Assembly: GCA_029856155.1 (NCBI GenBank)
Contig: JAHQWL010000059.1
Location: 1-32,325, forward strand
Length of the DNA: 32,325 bases
Direction: 5' to 3'
DNA from: Promethearchaeia archaeon
GTDB lineage: Archaea; Asgardarchaeota; Lokiarchaeia; Sigyniarchaeales; SOKP01
Shown one piece after another: positions 18,570 to 29,095 of the stretch. Numbering within the stretch: the stretch's first letter is position 1; the number at the start of each line of letters is the position of its first letter. The position numbers were made by a program, and so were the translations under genes. The notes under the pieces are model-generated. The model ran no database searches. It saw only the letters and a list, made by a program, of their open reading frames with translations, and was not told the DNA's origin.

Positions 18570-18910
18570 TTTTTTACACTTTAATTTTTTTGTTATTTAG
18601 CTTAACTTTTAAAATATTATAAAACATTCTTAGTCCAATATTTGATATTGAATTATGAAAAATCGTATATAATATTAATGCAAACTTAGTCTATCTAAAA
18701 GGGAAAAAAAGTATAAGAAAATTGGGACTTTCTTAACCCATCTGGGTGATAAAGTATACAAAAAAAATATTTTTTTTATATTAATTTTTAAATTGGTTCT
18801 TTTTGGACTTTCTTCAAATATTTAGAAATCTGTATATAAATCAATTCTTCAACATTGGTTCCCATTATTTAAACTAGTAATTGAAAAAAAAGAATATCTG
18901 TCACTATTAT

Positions 18911-19846
18911 TTAATTTGATTTAGAATTAATTTCGTTTACCTTATCCTCTAAAAATGTATCAATCCAAGTTGGAAACATTTTTCCCTCAATTAATACTGT
19001 TAGATCAATCTGGTCGTAGTTTTCTGATAAAAGTAAAGCCTGTAATTCTTGAAGTTCTTTCATGGATTGAGTCCATATAGAAATAAATTTTAGGTTAGGA
19101 AGATTACTAAACGACCAGATAAAGAGAATTTTTGAACCGAGTTTTTGTTTTAATTTTACTTCAAGTTCATTATCATCAATAATTTTATTGGGATCTAATT
19201 TTAAGTTTATCATTGAAGGTATTATTCCTGTTTTATCAGGATACCAGTCTATTTGAAATTGAATAAGAAAATTTTCACTTAAGCGATCTAATCTTCTTCT
19301 TATTGTTTTAGTTGAAGCCCCAACTTCAAGGGCAATGTCAGAGATTGATTTCCTAGAATTATTTTTTAATGAATTAATAATAAGATAATCTAAATCAGTA
19401 GGTGGTTTAAAATTCAATTCTTCTAAAGGAATGGGTGGCATTCTTTTATCAATGCCAATAATCAGATCTTTTAAATTTCCTATTTTACGAATAAATGACA
19501 CTAAGGTGTCTAATTCTCCAATATTCCTAAGATATGCATGTATATAAAAAGTATTCCCACTCCCTTGTGTAACATTATATATATATTCATTTTCTCCTAA
19601 TTTGTTTATCAATTGCTTTTTTTGTCTTAAATCTGAAAGACCATATATAATAATATTAGTTATTCCTGGAAAATTCGCAAATCCTAATTTTGCTTTAAAT
19701 CCTTGTATTACTTCGAGGTCAACTAAAGATTTTACTCTTTTATGAATAGAATTTACACTCATATTATATTTTTCAGCTAATTCTTTGTACGGTATCCTTG
19801 AATTAGCCATTAACATTAATGAGAGTGAAATATCTATTTCATCCAT
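18911..19846 (-). CDS. Tandem double-domain Lrp/AsnC regulator
   Basis: MDEID..NSRIPYKELA..SIHKRVKSL and LD..NSRKSISDIA..TIRRRLDRL. Confidence 0.88.
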   Translation of the reverse strand: MDEIDISLSLMLMANSRIPYKELAEKYNMSVNSIHKRVKSLVDLEVIQGFKAKLGFANFPGITNIIIYGLSDLRQKKQLINKLGENEYIYNVTQGSGNTFYIHAYLRNIGELDTLVSFIRKIGNLKDLIIGIDKRMPPIPLEELNFKPPTDLDYLIINSLKNNSRKSISDIALEVGASTKTIRRRLDRLSENFLIQFQIDWYPDKTGIIPSMINLKLDPNKIIDDNELEVKLKQKLGSKILFIWSFSNLPNLKFISIWTQSMKELQELQALLLSENYDQIDLTVLIEGKMFPTWIDTFLEDKVNEINSKSN

Positions 19847-19963
19847 GTTCTCATCTAAGCTTTTTCGAATTTTAATAGTCTGATTATTTTATTATCAATT
19901 CTTATTATAATACATTTAATTAAAAAACGGTTTCTTATATATATTAAATAAATTACTAATGTC

Positions 19964-20563
19964 ATGACTATTATCTTCTTTATAAAATCTAAAACAGCAA
20001 ATGTTGATAAGTATACTATAAAAGATATTCCTGGATCCTCAGGAAGATTAGACGTCATTTCAAGATGTATTCTGTCAGCAATACTAAGTAATGATGATTT
20101 TGAAAGAATTGTTCAGATATGGGTTTTTTTGGATCGTTATGGCACCTTTATTTTCAACCCCGCATTTTTCAATTATGAAATTTTTCCTAAAAATGAATTA
20201 CTCTTTACGGATTATTTCGCTAGATTCCTTCAAAAAAACAAGAATACAAAAGATCATTCATTAAATCTATTGAGTTCTTCGATTAAGGACTCAGAAATGA
20301 ACATAATAGAAGCTATAATTCATTTTAAGCAGTTAAATTATAAGCTTTATATTTTAAATGAACAAGGTCAAGATTTTTTTAAATTAATAAGTAAGATCCG
20401 AGAAGAAGAGAACACTATTTTTATAATTGGAAGTCAAGAAGACGAATTTATCTACTCAAAGGAATTATCAGCGTTAAAGCTTCCAATGATTAGCATTGGA
20501 AATCGATCGTATTTAGCTTCCTCAGTTATTCGATTATTGAAATTACACTTGTTAGCATTATAA
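19964..20563 (+). CDS. trmY: tRNA (pseudouridine54-N1)-methyltransferase, SPOUT family
   Basis: DIPGSSGRLDVISRCI; SPOUT knot FIIGS..ISIG..SYLASSVI. Confidence 0.82.
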   Translation: MTIIFFIKSKTANVDKYTIKDIPGSSGRLDVISRCILSAILSNDDFERIVQIWVFLDRYGTFIFNPAFFNYEIFPKNELLFTDYFARFLQKNKNTKDHSLNLLSSSIKDSEMNIIEAIIHFKQLNYKLYILNEQGQDFFKLISKIREEENTIFIIGSQEDEFIYSKELSALKLPMISIGNRSYLASSVIRLLKLHLLAL

Positions 20564-20634
20564 TAAATTTTTTATTGTAATAAAATTTTAAAAATTATAA
20601 TCTAAATTATTGGATATTAGGAATTATTAATCAA

Positions 20635-21354
20635 TTGAATGAGATAAAAGAAAATAAAAAAAGAGCTCGACAGAAGGAAATTTCAAGTAGATATATAGAT
20701 CGCCCAGTAGAATTTTTAATTAAACACAATTTTACACCTAATAAGATTTCTTATATAGGATTTATATTTACACTAATCGGCTCATTATTAATGGCAATAT
20801 ACGGGTTGTATTTTTCTATATGGCTTTCTTGGATAATTCCATGTGTTTTAGGATTGGCAGGTGCTTTTGATTTATTTGATGGTGAAGTAGCGAGAAGAAC
20901 AGGTAATGAAACTCAGGCTGGTGCATTTCTAGATTCAAATTTAGATAGACTTTCTGATGCTATACTTATTTTAGGTTTAATCTATGGAGGTTTGGTAAAT
21001 TATATTTTAGGATATATCATATTGTTTTTAGTTATTATGATCTCTTATATACGTTCAAGAGCTGAAAGCGAAGGTGTTAATATGAAAGGTATTGGATTTA
21101 TGGAACGAGCCGAACGGATTTTATTTTTACTTTTTGCTATAATTATAGAACTAATATTCTATTTTATTACAATACTATTATATAATGATCCTATAACAGT
21201 TTTTATACCATATATTACCAGAATACCAGTCACTCCAATTTTTCTTATTAGTATTATAATTTTTACTTTTGCATTGATTTATACTGTTGTACAAAGATTA
21301 AGTTTTTCTTTTAAAATATTAAAGACCTTAAATACGAATATAGAGGATAATTAG
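20635..21354 (+). CDS. pgsA: CDP-alcohol phosphatidyltransferase (archaetidylinositol-phosphate synthase-like)
   Basis: TPN, DLFDGEVAR..GAFLDSNLDRLSD, SYIRSRAE, GFMERAER. Confidence 0.9.
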   Translation: MNEIKENKKRARQKEISSRYIDRPVEFLIKHNFTPNKISYIGFIFTLIGSLLMAIYGLYFSIWLSWIIPCVLGLAGAFDLFDGEVARRTGNETQAGAFLDSNLDRLSDAILILGLIYGGLVNYILGYIILFLVIMISYIRSRAESEGVNMKGIGFMERAERILFLLFAIIIELIFYFITILLYNDPITVFIPYITRIPVTPIFLISIIIFTFALIYTVVQRLSFSFKILKTLNTNIEDN

Positions 21355-21493
21355 TTAGATTCGTTCAATAATTTGTTTGTTACTCATTTTTATAGTTTTT
21401 TATGGTTAAAGATAAATTTTTTAAGTTTTAGACAATTTAAATTGTGTATAAATGTGAAGATTAACAAGAAAAAATAAAAAATAGCTGATTTTT

Positions 21494-21766
21494 ATTCCAA
21501 AAAAGAGAAAAAGTGGCGGTAGAAGCGGATCTAGTAAAGGACAGTATGCAAAAGTTCAGTGTGCTAAGTGTGGTCGAACTGTTGCTCGTAGCAAAGCTAA
21601 AGCTGTAACAAGAAGAGTTTCTCTAGTTGATTCTCGGATGTATACTGAATTAAAGAAATCAGGAACGATAATTCAAACTCCAAGTAAGACAAAGTACTAC
21701 TGTATTTCATGTGCCATCCACAGCCATCAAATTTCACAACGAGATAAAAGTTTGAGGAAAGAATAG
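21494..21766 (+). CDS. rps26e: 30S ribosomal protein eS26 (non-canonical ATT start)
   Basis: (M)PKKRKSGGRS..VQCAKCGRTVARSKA..YYCISCAIH; 90 aa; not in the ORF track. Confidence 0.95.
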   Translation: MPKKRKSGGRSGSSKGQYAKVQCAKCGRTVARSKAKAVTRRVSLVDSRMYTELKKSGTIIQTPSKTKYYCISCAIHSHQISQRDKSLRKE

Positions 21767-21787
21767 CCATTCTTTTACTGTATTGTA

Positions 21788-23779
21788 TTACAGATTTAAT
21801 TGTTTAAAGAAAGATGGAAGAGTATAATTAATTTGAACTTTATCTATTGTTGTTATCTCGATAATTGCGCGGATTAAAAACATATTTTTTAAGTCTTCAT
21901 CTGGTTCATATATTTTAACTTTCGCATTTGGTTTTATCTTAAGATTATAATTTTCAGCAATTCCAGTCACATTTTCACTTGTTTTCAATTTAATACCTAA
22001 TAATCCCAGTTCATAATGAGAAACAATAAAAAGAATTTGGTCTTGAGTATCTTTTACTTTTTCGAAATATACTACTTCTAAGTAATCATCTTTAAGTTCT
22101 TTCGGTAATGCTGAGTAGGGGATAATTTTTTTTTTTCCTGTAATATACGGGAATGGAGTATAAAATAAGAGATTAAAGCTTGATATTTTTTTAATTTGTT
22201 CATTGTATTTTTCAACATCTTTGATAGAGTACGCCTTATCTAATAAGACATCTAGTTTATCAACAGCATCTTCTGCTGAATAACCAGCTAATACGGTTGC
22301 GATGTACGATCTTTTTAATTTCTCTATTAAAATTTCACTTTTGAAATTTAATTTATAGTCAATCGAGATTTCTAAGGCTTGATTGTAAAGATTTGTAGCT
22401 ATTTGAGAATGCCCTAGAGCTAAGAAATAGTCTCCTAGTTCACTAAATACTATTATTGCATCAAGAAAATTCTTTTCTAAATCCATAACCGAGATTTCCT
22501 CCATGATATTAAATGCCGTATTCCTATCCTCCCCTTGGATATAAAGAGCTATAGCTTTACCTATTAGACATTTTAATCTTAGCTTATCATCACCATAAAT
22601 ATCAGCTAATTCTTCAGTAAAATTGTATTGTCTAATTGCTTCTACATATAACCCATGGAATAAATAAATTAAAGCCTTTACATAATTTAAAGTTAAACAT
22701 GTTTTGTAATTCTGAATTATTATTGAAAATAATGCGGCTCTTTCAAGAGAATCTACTGCAGAATTAATACGACCAAGAGAAACTAATAAAAATGCTCGCA
22801 AAAATTCCATTTTACTAATTTCAGAACAGATTAACTGCTCAACAATCTCATAATCCTTCACATTTGTTAATTGTCCTGAAGCTACTTGAAGTAGAGAAAC
22901 TAAAAATCCATTACCTGTTTTTAAAAACTTAACTGCATCTTTCGGAATACTTTTTATTATCGCCTCTCTAGCGCGGATCAAATACTCTCTTGATATTTTT
23001 AAATTTTCTAGGAATTTTGTAATCCCAAATATTTTTTCCTCTTCAGTTTGGGAAATTTTTTGATTTTCAATATATTTTTCAGAAATATTTATTTCATCTG
23101 CATATTTCGAAGCTCCAATTTCAAATTTTACACCAGCATCTGGGTTTTCTAACTCAAGATCCTGTGATAAAATTGAGGTTTCTGTGACAGCTATTGCCTT
23201 TTCAATCAACCAAGTAATTTTTTGTTCAGCAGGATAGATTTTAGAGCGTTCAATCATATAGGATAAAGTATAATTCAAACTTCTTTTCCATAGTTCTTTA
23301 AAATATTTTCTCATCTGAGCATCAACAATTGTTCTCTGAATCTTTAGAAGAAAACTTGAAAGAGATAATATATTGATTTTATTTTTATAGAGTAAGTTTG
23401 TATTCTTTGCTAACTTAAAATCATCAGTTACAAGATGAACGGGAATAGCCTGATTTTCATTCAATAATCTATTTCCTATGCAAACAAGTGTGAGATCAGG
23501 ATCTTGAGCAGGAAATCTTATGTTAAATTGACTTAGTTTGTCTTTAATGGCAGCAATTTGATTTGGTAATACTTCTACTACATTTACGAAACTTTTTAAT
23601 TTATCTTTATAAGTATGAGGTGCTTTTATTTCATCAAATACTACTTGAGAAATATAATAATCATAGCCTAAATCCTCAGCAACTTTGTTTAAATTTCCTA
23701 AAATATTACGTGCTTTAATTTGCAGCATACAAATGAAGAAATTAGCGTCGAATATGATTCTTTCTTTTTTAGCAGGCAT
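21788..23779 (-). CDS. PIN-domain plus TPR-like repeat protein
   Basis: IIFDANFF, VFDEI, QDPD, LVTDDFKL acidic PIN residues; TPR-like helices (ELGDYFLALGHSQIATNLYNQALEI). Confidence 0.75.
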   Translation of the reverse strand: MPAKKERIIFDANFFICMLQIKARNILGNLNKVAEDLGYDYYISQVVFDEIKAPHTYKDKLKSFVNVVEVLPNQIAAIKDKLSQFNIRFPAQDPDLTLVCIGNRLLNENQAIPVHLVTDDFKLAKNTNLLYKNKINILSLSSFLLKIQRTIVDAQMRKYFKELWKRSLNYTLSYMIERSKIYPAEQKITWLIEKAIAVTETSILSQDLELENPDAGVKFEIGASKYADEINISEKYIENQKISQTEEEKIFGITKFLENLKISREYLIRAREAIIKSIPKDAVKFLKTGNGFLVSLLQVASGQLTNVKDYEIVEQLICSEISKMEFLRAFLLVSLGRINSAVDSLERAALFSIIIQNYKTCLTLNYVKALIYLFHGLYVEAIRQYNFTEELADIYGDDKLRLKCLIGKAIALYIQGEDRNTAFNIMEEISVMDLEKNFLDAIIVFSELGDYFLALGHSQIATNLYNQALEISIDYKLNFKSEILIEKLKRSYIATVLAGYSAEDAVDKLDVLLDKAYSIKDVEKYNEQIKKISSFNLLFYTPFPYITGKKKIIPYSALPKELKDDYLEVVYFEKVKDTQDQILFIVSHYELGLLGIKLKTSENVTGIAENYNLKIKPNAKVKIYEPDEDLKNMFLIRAIIEITTIDKVQINYTLPSFFKQLNL

Positions 23780-23907
23780 TGATTTTCAAAGTTATTGTGA
23801 ATTCTAGAGAAAAATCTTATTTAAATAAATATTAATTAGTAAAATAATATATTTTTTTTTCATTAAAATAAATGAAAATAGAAAAAGAATCGAAAATAAA
23901 TTATAGT

Positions 23908-24420
23908 ATGAATTATAGAATTATTTCTGTCATTGGATATTCTGGCTCCGGGAAAACAAATTTTATTACAACCGCTACAGAATTATTAAAGAAAAAAATG
24001 AATTATAATGTCGCGGTTATAAAAAATATAAAAGAACATCCAATTGATAAAAAAGGAAAAGACTCTTATAAATTCACAGAAATTGGAGCTATTTATTCTG
24101 TGATTCAAAATGATAATAATGAATCAGCAATTTTTTTAAAAAAGGAAGAGATTAAACTGGAGTCGCTTTTAAAATGGTTATATAATGGCCCTTATAAATT
24201 TAACATCGTATTTACGGAAGGATTTAGGAATTTAAATAGCCCTACAGTATTATGCATATCTAATTTAAATGAAGTTGAAGAACAATTAACTAAAGACGTT
24301 AAAATGGTTTCTGGAGTAATATGTTTCAAGGATTTAAATAATAAAAATATCTCAGATTTGCCAATAGTAGATATAAAATCTCAATTTTCGAGATTTCTAG
24401 AAATATTTAATATTGTGTAA
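23908..24420 (+). CDS. mobB: Molybdopterin-guanine dinucleotide biosynthesis protein B
   Basis: GYSGSGKT, VAVIK, GKDSYKF, TEGFR; ATG at 23908 or 23872. Confidence 0.88.
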   Translation: MNYRIISVIGYSGSGKTNFITTATELLKKKMNYNVAVIKNIKEHPIDKKGKDSYKFTEIGAIYSVIQNDNNESAIFLKKEEIKLESLLKWLYNGPYKFNIVFTEGFRNLNSPTVLCISNLNEVEEQLTKDVKMVSGVICFKDLNNKNISDLPIVDIKSQFSRFLEIFNIV

Positions 24421-24435
24421 AAAATGATATTAAAA

Positions 24436-26358
24436 TTACTCAACATTTTTCCAAAAGGGGGCAAATTGTTGACATAAAAATTTAAAATCCTTTGTAATTT
24501 GTTCATCTTTTATATTTAATAGGAAAAATTCACTTAATTTTTCATATACTTCAATTTCCTTTGCTGGATCTCCTACTGTATTTCGGATTTTTTGAATTAA
24601 ATCATTAAGTGGAATGGTAATCTCATGTATTAACCATTCTTCGAAATAAGGTTGATCAGAAAAAGATTGAATATTATAGGTTACCATAATTTGTATCAAT
24701 TCCTCAACGGAGTAGAAATGTTTATCAGGAATTTCTACGTTAAACTTATTCAACTCTTTCTTAATTAGTTCTCTGTTTAGACTGATAATATAATCCGGCC
24801 ACACATCATCAGAATAGTTTATATCTTGAAATACAAATAATTCTAACACTCTTAACGCAATATTTTTACCAATATATCTACTCCGGGGATCAATAAAATT
24901 CTTTGAAGCATCTTCGGGATTAGATCTCATAAAAATTTTATCAATCAACACGTAGAGAATTCTACATATATGATCAACAATAATATTAAATGTAAATGGT
25001 GTATTCTGTGGATCTTCACCAAGAATTTCATTTTCTTTAGTTATATTCTGAGAAAAATTTGAATTTAAACTTTTTAAAAATGTCTTAAAAAAGCCATAAT
25101 TTAATTGGGAAATGTTTTTTTTAAAGATCTTTTGAAAAAAGAGATCGATATTTTTAATATTAGATAAAGCTGACAAGAAATTTATGAATTCTTTAATATT
25201 GTTAATAGAATTTGCTCCAATAACATCCTCTACTTTTTTATTGTATTGATTTAAAGTTGTTTTAAAAACTTCAGGTAAAAATAATAACCCCCCTACTTCT
25301 AAAGCCTCGAGACCACTACCAAAGTAATATTTCATATATAGTAAAAAAAGATTTAGTTGCGATTTTGGAGAGGGGAGATTATTTGCTTGAAAGGTTGAAT
25401 AAAGGGTTGATGTTTTATCAAGATAATCAAAGAATTTGACAATAGCATTTTTCTTTTCTGTAGAATAATCTAGGTTAGCTAGGAATTCTTTCTTAATAAT
25501 ATCCAGTTTAGAAAAAACCGAATCCTCTACTCTGGCTCCTACAAAATTAAAAAAGTCTAATAACGGGGAGAAACTCTGTAATAAATTACATTTTTTATAA
25601 AAATAATACAATAAATCAACTAATTTTTCTTTTGATTGATAATATTCGTTTAAAGCTACCTGGTATAATTTTTCTCTTCCTTCTAATAATTTCTCATAAA
25701 ATTCTTCAGGAATCCCTTTAATTTGTCTTAAAAAATAATATAAAACCATATTATAATAATAATTAAAAATTTCATCCTTACTATCTTTAATAATTATCAT
25801 AAAATTCAAATTCTTATTTGACTCTTCATCTTTAACTACGACGGCATCAAGTAAAATAAAGATTTTTTCCTGAATTGTATTTCTAATAACAATTCCCAAT
25901 AGGCGAACAATAAAATAAAGATAACCCGTATTAAGAGAAAAACCATACAATAAATCTACTTGAAATTCAGCTGAATTTTTAAAAATTATATCCTCTTCAT
26001 TTGGATTTAGAATATAGTTATAATCAAAAAATATTATTTTTTCAGATATTTTTTCTTTACTAAATAACTTTAAGGAATCTCTATCAAAACCAAAAAACGT
26101 GTTTAAAAAGTAACTAAAGAGCTCATGAAAATTTTTATAGAAAAAAGTAGTAAATGTTTTTTTAATTACTCGATTTCTATTTTTTTTTTCAAATTCTTCC
26201 CATTTTAATCGGATATCATTTTTAAATTCTTCAAATTTAGCGTTATTCTTCTCTAAAATTTCAAATAACAAGCGGTTCACAGACTTTATACTAAAATCTT
26301 GCTTATTGACTCTTTCTTGAAGATTTTTAAAAATATATTTTAATTCTTTATAAGCCAC
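24436..26358 (-). CDS. Large hypothetical, mostly helical protein
   Basis: 640-codon ORF; no motif recognised. Confidence 0.8.
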   Translation of the reverse strand: MAYKELKYIFKNLQERVNKQDFSIKSVNRLLFEILEKNNAKFEEFKNDIRLKWEEFEKKNRNRVIKKTFTTFFYKNFHELFSYFLNTFFGFDRDSLKLFSKEKISEKIIFFDYNYILNPNEEDIIFKNSAEFQVDLLYGFSLNTGYLYFIVRLLGIVIRNTIQEKIFILLDAVVVKDEESNKNLNFMIIIKDSKDEIFNYYYNMVLYYFLRQIKGIPEEFYEKLLEGREKLYQVALNEYYQSKEKLVDLLYYFYKKCNLLQSFSPLLDFFNFVGARVEDSVFSKLDIIKKEFLANLDYSTEKKNAIVKFFDYLDKTSTLYSTFQANNLPSPKSQLNLFLLYMKYYFGSGLEALEVGGLLFLPEVFKTTLNQYNKKVEDVIGANSINNIKEFINFLSALSNIKNIDLFFQKIFKKNISQLNYGFFKTFLKSLNSNFSQNITKENEILGEDPQNTPFTFNIIVDHICRILYVLIDKIFMRSNPEDASKNFIDPRSRYIGKNIALRVLELFVFQDINYSDDVWPDYIISLNRELIKKELNKFNVEIPDKHFYSVEELIQIMVTYNIQSFSDQPYFEEWLIHEITIPLNDLIQKIRNTVGDPAKEIEVYEKLSEFFLLNIKDEQITKDFKFLCQQFAPFWKNVE

Positions 26359-26531
26359 CTTTGATCAAATATTTAATAAGTCTATTGTTTTTTAGGTTTT
26401 AAACAACCCTAAGAAATTGATACTATATATATTATAAAATAAAATTTTGAAAATAAAAATCTTAGTTAAATAGAGAATAATATGTTTGACTTTATAAAAA
26501 ATCAAAATTAATTTGCTATTTTTGAGGAGTA

Positions 26532-27560
26532 TCAGAAAATTTTGGTTATTTCGTCTGTTTCTGAGTATCTAAGTGGTTCCTTTTTTCCATCTTCTTTTTT
26601 AACCAATAATCCTTTATCTTTAGGGGTAAATTTACCAATGGATTCGGCATATATTTTATTTCTTCTTAATAGATCGATTAATCCAAAAGAATCTTCTTGA
26701 TTCACAGCAATTAATAAGGATCCAGATGATATAGTATTATATGGATTAAGATTAAATATTTCGCTTAATATTTTTGACTCTGGTAAGATTTTTATTTTTC
26801 TTTCTTCAATTTCCACACCTGTATTTGAAGCAATAGTCATTTCAGCTACACCTGTATAAATTCCCCCTTCAGTTGGATCGTGCATGGATTTTATTTCAAA
26901 ATGGTTATTTGCCAAAAGAGCTTCTTTAAAAATACAAATCCCAGGATTGAAAAGATAATCCTGACATCTTTTTATAAATTCATGACCCAACTCATGATTT
27001 AATAGCTCCTTTTCTTTCTCTCGCCCTATAATCGACGTACCTTCTATAAATATGCCTTTTGTTAATATAAGTGCGTCCCCTGGTTTTGCTCCGGAAGTGA
27101 GTACGAGTTGATCCTTGGGAACTTCTCCTATCAAAGACCCAATTACAATTGGCCTCTCAAGCCTGGGAGTAATTTCGGTATGCCCTCCAACAACAGTTAT
27201 ATCCATCGATTTGCATGTATCATGAATATTTTTAAATATCTTATCAATCATAATACTTGTGGTAAGTTTTTCGGGTAATAATATTGTGGATTGAAACCAT
27301 TTAGGCTTAGCTCCAGTGCATACAAGATCATTAACATTCACGATTACTGAATAATATCCAATCTCATCCGTTGCAAATGTTATTGGGTCTGTTTTAGCTA
27401 CTAAATAATTAGGTCCTGGTATATCTATAACTGCTGCATCTTCACCTATTTTAGATCCCATAATTACCCTATTATCATTAATTTCAATATTTGAGAGCAA
27501 CTGAGCTAAAAAATTGTGTTTAAGCTTTCCAAGTTTAAATTTTTCATTATCTCTATTCAT
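26532..27560 (-). CDS. AIR synthase-related (PurM/HypE/ThiL superfamily) protein
   Basis: GEDAAV, KTDP, VNVNDL, GGHTEIT, MHDPTEGG, SSGSLL. Confidence 0.88.
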   Translation of the reverse strand: MNRDNEKFKLGKLKHNFLAQLLSNIEINDNRVIMGSKIGEDAAVIDIPGPNYLVAKTDPITFATDEIGYYSVIVNVNDLVCTGAKPKWFQSTILLPEKLTTSIMIDKIFKNIHDTCKSMDITVVGGHTEITPRLERPIVIGSLIGEVPKDQLVLTSGAKPGDALILTKGIFIEGTSIIGREKEKELLNHELGHEFIKRCQDYLFNPGICIFKEALLANNHFEIKSMHDPTEGGIYTGVAEMTIASNTGVEIEERKIKILPESKILSEIFNLNPYNTISSGSLLIAVNQEDSFGLIDLLRRNKIYAESIGKFTPKDKGLLVKKEDGKKEPLRYSETDEITKIF

Positions 27561-27832
27561 TGTTATAGTCTTTTTAGGATTTCATGATTTATTAAAATTT
27601 TCAGCAAATCTTCTCTTAAATCAATCTTTACAATATTTTAATTGATTGAAAGTAAAATTATCATTTAATTTAGCAGAATTTAAGGATGATACTAAATTCT
27701 ACCTATTATTATCTAAGAGGAAAGTAAAAAGATTTAAAATCCAATTAAAATTTATCCTAAAATTTAAAATTAATCTCTTCCTTGAAGATAATAAGATATA
27801 ATAGTTCAAATACAAAAAAAAGTCTGAAAGAA

Positions 27833-28375
27833 ATGGCATTTGGTAAAGCATTTTTATTAAGTTTAGTAGCATTTGTAGGGTTAAATTTTATCTTTTCAAT
27901 TATATCTTTAGCATTAGGTCCCGGAATTGGTGTTTTACTTGATATATTCAATCCTGGTTCACTAAATTATGCTCCTTTAATGCTAGTATTTTATCTATTC
28001 GGTTCAATTGTTAGTACGCCGTCTTTAATTTTTAATTATATAATATTTCAACCATTTTTAGGAAGTTTTGTTTTGGAAATCTTTATAATTTGGCTAGGGT
28101 ATTTAATTACTCTAATTATAGCAGCGATTCTTGCTGGAAAGTTTGGTGAAAGTAAAATTCAATGTTTTGGGGCCTGGGCTTTAACAGCAGTTATAAGTAC
28201 AGTGTCAGTTATAATCGCAAGTGTGATAAGTCCTTTTACTCAAAATGAATTATTGACTAAGTATCTTTTGTCGTCTTTTAATGAGCTTCTTATTTTTGCT
28301 ATTATAAGTTGTTTAATAAATATCCTATTTTACGGGTTCTTCGCTTTACTTCTTTCAAAAATAGAATATTATTAA
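27833..28375 (+). CDS. Hypothetical multi-pass membrane protein
   Basis: About 5 hydrophobic segments; ATG at 27833 (the track starts at TTG 27782). Confidence 0.75.
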   Translation: MAFGKAFLLSLVAFVGLNFIFSIISLALGPGIGVLLDIFNPGSLNYAPLMLVFYLFGSIVSTPSLIFNYIIFQPFLGSFVLEIFIIWLGYLITLIIAAILAGKFGESKIQCFGAWALTAVISTVSVIIASVISPFTQNELLTKYLLSSFNELLIFAIISCLINILFYGFFALLLSKIEYY

Positions 28376-28722
28376 ATAAAGATTGAAGTTTTAAGATTTC
28401 AATTTTTTTCATATTATATAAAAAAGACAAGGTGTACATAATTCCTAAATTTCTATTTTTAATTTATTAAAATTTTGTTTCATTTTTATAGTTTAAATCA
28501 AACTGTTAATTAGGAAGGGAAACAAAATTTTCAATCTTACATTGGATTTCGCCTTTAATAATCTCTTTTTATATTAAATTTGAATTTTGTTATCCTTATC
28601 CTCTCTCTTTTATGATAAATTCGGGAGCTTTTGATTTTAATGATTATTTTAATATATCAATGGGTTAATAGTACCCCTACTCTGAAATTAATATAAGTAA
28701 AATAATAGTATTAGTAAAATTT

Positions 28723-29064
28723 ATGGTAAACGGAATGAGTTCAGGAAAATTAGAAGGAAACTATCTTAAAAATATTGATAATAGTCTTAGATTTGATGAA
28801 TCTGCTATTTTAACTAATTATAATTTACAAAAAAGTAATTACTCTGAACGCAAATTATACAAAAATAACTTAATAAAAAAGAATGAAAGTATCCTTAAAC
28901 AGATAAATGAGACTATTATAGATAATCATTTTGAAATGATTAAAGAAATACATAATATTTTAAAGAATTCTAAAGATCTTAGGCAAAAACAGAAATTTGC
29001 TTATTGTAATAGTCAAAGATTTTTTATGAAATTATATTTAGAAAGAATTTCTAAAAAAATATAG
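28723..29064 (+). CDS. Hypothetical protein
   Basis: 113-codon ATG ORF filling the gap; no motif. Confidence 0.5.
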   Translation: MVNGMSSGKLEGNYLKNIDNSLRFDESAILTNYNLQKSNYSERKLYKNNLIKKNESILKQINETIIDNHFEMIKEIHNILKNSKDLRQKQKFAYCNSQRFFMKLYLERISKKI

Positions 29065-29095
29065 ATAAAAAACTGATTTATTTATTATTTTATTG

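Noticed and set aside
26532-27560. hypE or selD assignment
   Set aside because: Lacks the HypE C-terminal PR(I/V)C and the SelD N-terminal Cys/Sec-x-x-Lys motif
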